Assembly (NCBI GenBank): GCA_963828525.1
Contig: CAWHEP010000004.1
Span: 64,001-128,000, forward strand
Direction of reading: 5' to 3'
DNA length: 64,000 bases
DNA from: an uncultured Verrucomicrobiae bacterium
Lineage (GTDB): Bacteria > Verrucomicrobiota > Verrucomicrobiia > Chthoniobacterales > Chthoniobacteraceae
Shown here: piece after piece, positions 62,644-64,000 of the stretch
How positions within the stretch are numbered: the first letter of the stretch is position 1
Layout of the letters: each line of letters starts with the position of its first letter
Translations under genes and position numbers: made by a program
The notes under the pieces: model-generated
Database searches by the model: none
Told to the model about the DNA's origin: nothing
What the model saw: the letters and a program-made list of their open reading frames with translations, nothing else

Positions 62644-64000
62644 TCAGTAATTCAGATTCGGCGAAAGCCACTTCTCCGCTTCTGCGACGGGTATTCCCTT
62701 GCGGGCCGCGTAATCCTCCACCTGATCCCGGTCGATTTTACCCACACTAAAGTACTTCGATTCCGGATGTCCAAAATACAGCCCGCTGACGGCTGCTCCC
62801 GGGTACATCGCGTAGCTTTCTGTCAGGGAGATGCCCGCCTTGGCTTCCGCGTCGAGTAAGCGAAATAGCACCTTCTTTTCTGTATGGTCAGGGCAGGCAG
62901 GATAGCCGGCCGCCGGGCGGATGCCCCTGTATCGTTCGCGCAACAGATCCTCCTTCGTGAGGTGCTCTTCGCTGGCAAACCCCCATTCGGCGCGCGCTTG
63001 CGCATGCAGATATTCCGCGAACGCCTCGGCGAGGCGGTCCGCGAGTGCCTTTGTCATGATCGAGTTGTAGTCGTCGTGATCCGCCTCGAAAATTTTCGCA
63101 AGCGCATCTGCTTTGTGGCCAGTCGTGACAGCGAAGCACCCTATGTAGTCTGCTCTTCCCGATGATTTTGGCGCTATGAAGTCTGAAAGCGATTGGTTGA
63201 ACTGCCCAGCCGGTTTCTGTATCTGCTGGCGCAGCATCCGGAATACGGCGAGCTTTTCCGAACGGCTTTCATCCGTGTAAAGGTCGATGTCGTCCCCGTG
63301 GGAGTTCGCGGGGAAGAAGCCGTAAACACCCCTGGCTTCAAGCAGTCCTTCCCCCACGATGCGATTCAGGAGGGTGGTGGCGTCCTCGTAAAGCGCGCGC
63401 GCTTCTTTGCCAACACTTGGGTCGTCCAGAATCGCGGGGTATCGGCCCCGCAATTCCCAAGTGTGGAAAAATGGCGACCAGTCAATATAAGGCACCAGGG
63501 TCTGGAGCGGCAGATTCTCGATCGTGCGAACCCCGAGGAAGGAGGGGGTATTGATAACCGCAGTCGTCCAATCGATCGGCGTCCTGTTTGCCCGCGCTGC
63601 CGCTAGAGGCGTCATCTTTTTCTCGCGATTTCGCGAGGCGTATTCCACGCGCAGCTTCTCATAATCCTCCCGCAGCTTCGCGCCAAAATCGGCCTTCAAC
63701 TCACCATTCAAGAGAGAGTTGACCACGCCCACCGCCCGGGAAGCATCCAGCACGTGAACTGTGTCATTCCGGTAATGAGGCGCGATCTTCACAGCCGTGT
63801 GCGCGCGGCTTGTGGTAGCTCCTCCTATGAGCAGGGGCACATGAAAATCCTGCCGCTCCATCTCCTGCGCGACATGCACCATTTCATCCAGCGAGGGCGT
63901 GATGAGGCCGCTCAGTCCGATGATGTCAGCATTCCGCTCTCGCGCGGTTGCGAGGATCTTATCCGCGGGAGTCATCACCCCCATGTCGATCACCTCGTAA
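62644..64000 (-). CDS. metH: B12-dependent methionine synthase, 3' part (gene starts outside window)
   Basis: [51 protein letters not shown]. Confidence 0.98.
   Translation of the reverse strand, partial: YEVIDMGVMTPADKILATARERNADIIGLSGLITPSLDEMVHVAQEMERQDFHVPLLIGGATTSRAHTAVKIAPHYRNDTVHVLDASRAVGVVNSLLNGELKADFGAKLREDYEKLRVEYASRNREKKMTPLAAARANRTPIDWTTAVINTPSFLGVRTIENLPLQTLVPYIDWSPFFHTWELRGRYPAILDDPSVGKEARALYEDATTLLNRIVGEGLLEARGVYGFFPANSHGDDIDLYTDESRSEKLAVFRMLRQQIQKPAGQFNQSLSDFIAPKSSGRADYIGCFAVTTGHKADALAKIFEADHDDYNSIMTKALADRLAEAFAEYLHAQARAEWGFASEEHLTKEDLLRERYRGIRPAAGYPACPDHTEKKVLFRLLDAEAKAGISLTESYAMYPGAAVSGLYFGHPESKYFSVGKIDRDQVEDYAARKGIPVAEAEKWLSPNLNY

Overview
Ordinary chromosomal window (GC roughly 55-60% by eye). 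It most likely comes from a Verrucomicrobiota (Spartobacteria/Chthoniobacterales-like) bacterium; this is inferred from gene content, not from a marker search. I see no rRNA, tRNA, CRISPR array, transposase or prophage. The window mixes housekeeping genes (dnaK-groES-groEL, mlaEFD, bamD-lptE-rsmI, sucCD, hpt, dgkA, partial metH) with accessory modules. Many genes, including conserved housekeeping ones, are split by single-base indels, which points to an unpolished long-read assembly, so apparent pseudogenes need caution. The best candidate for an undescribed system is a four-gene cluster at 15.9-22.0 kb. It encodes a small GxxxG membrane protein, a CPx-less P1B-type (P1B-6/FezB-like) ATPase, a CorA homolog that stops before its GMN selectivity motif, and a translationally coupled ATPase paralog that has lost DKTGT, TGES and the nucleotide-binding domain. 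This resembles a variant ferrosome-like metal-storage or transport module built partly from pseudo-transporters. Other notable items: a cyanoexosortase-A-like operon in an apparently non-cyanobacterial genome, a tandem-duplicated beta-barrel-like protein, a sigma54-type promoter for the chaperone operon, a CusR-like box before a PepSY/RND cluster, a standalone secretin-fragment-like protein, an ACP-like protein lacking the Ser, and an unannotated 34-aa basic ORF.
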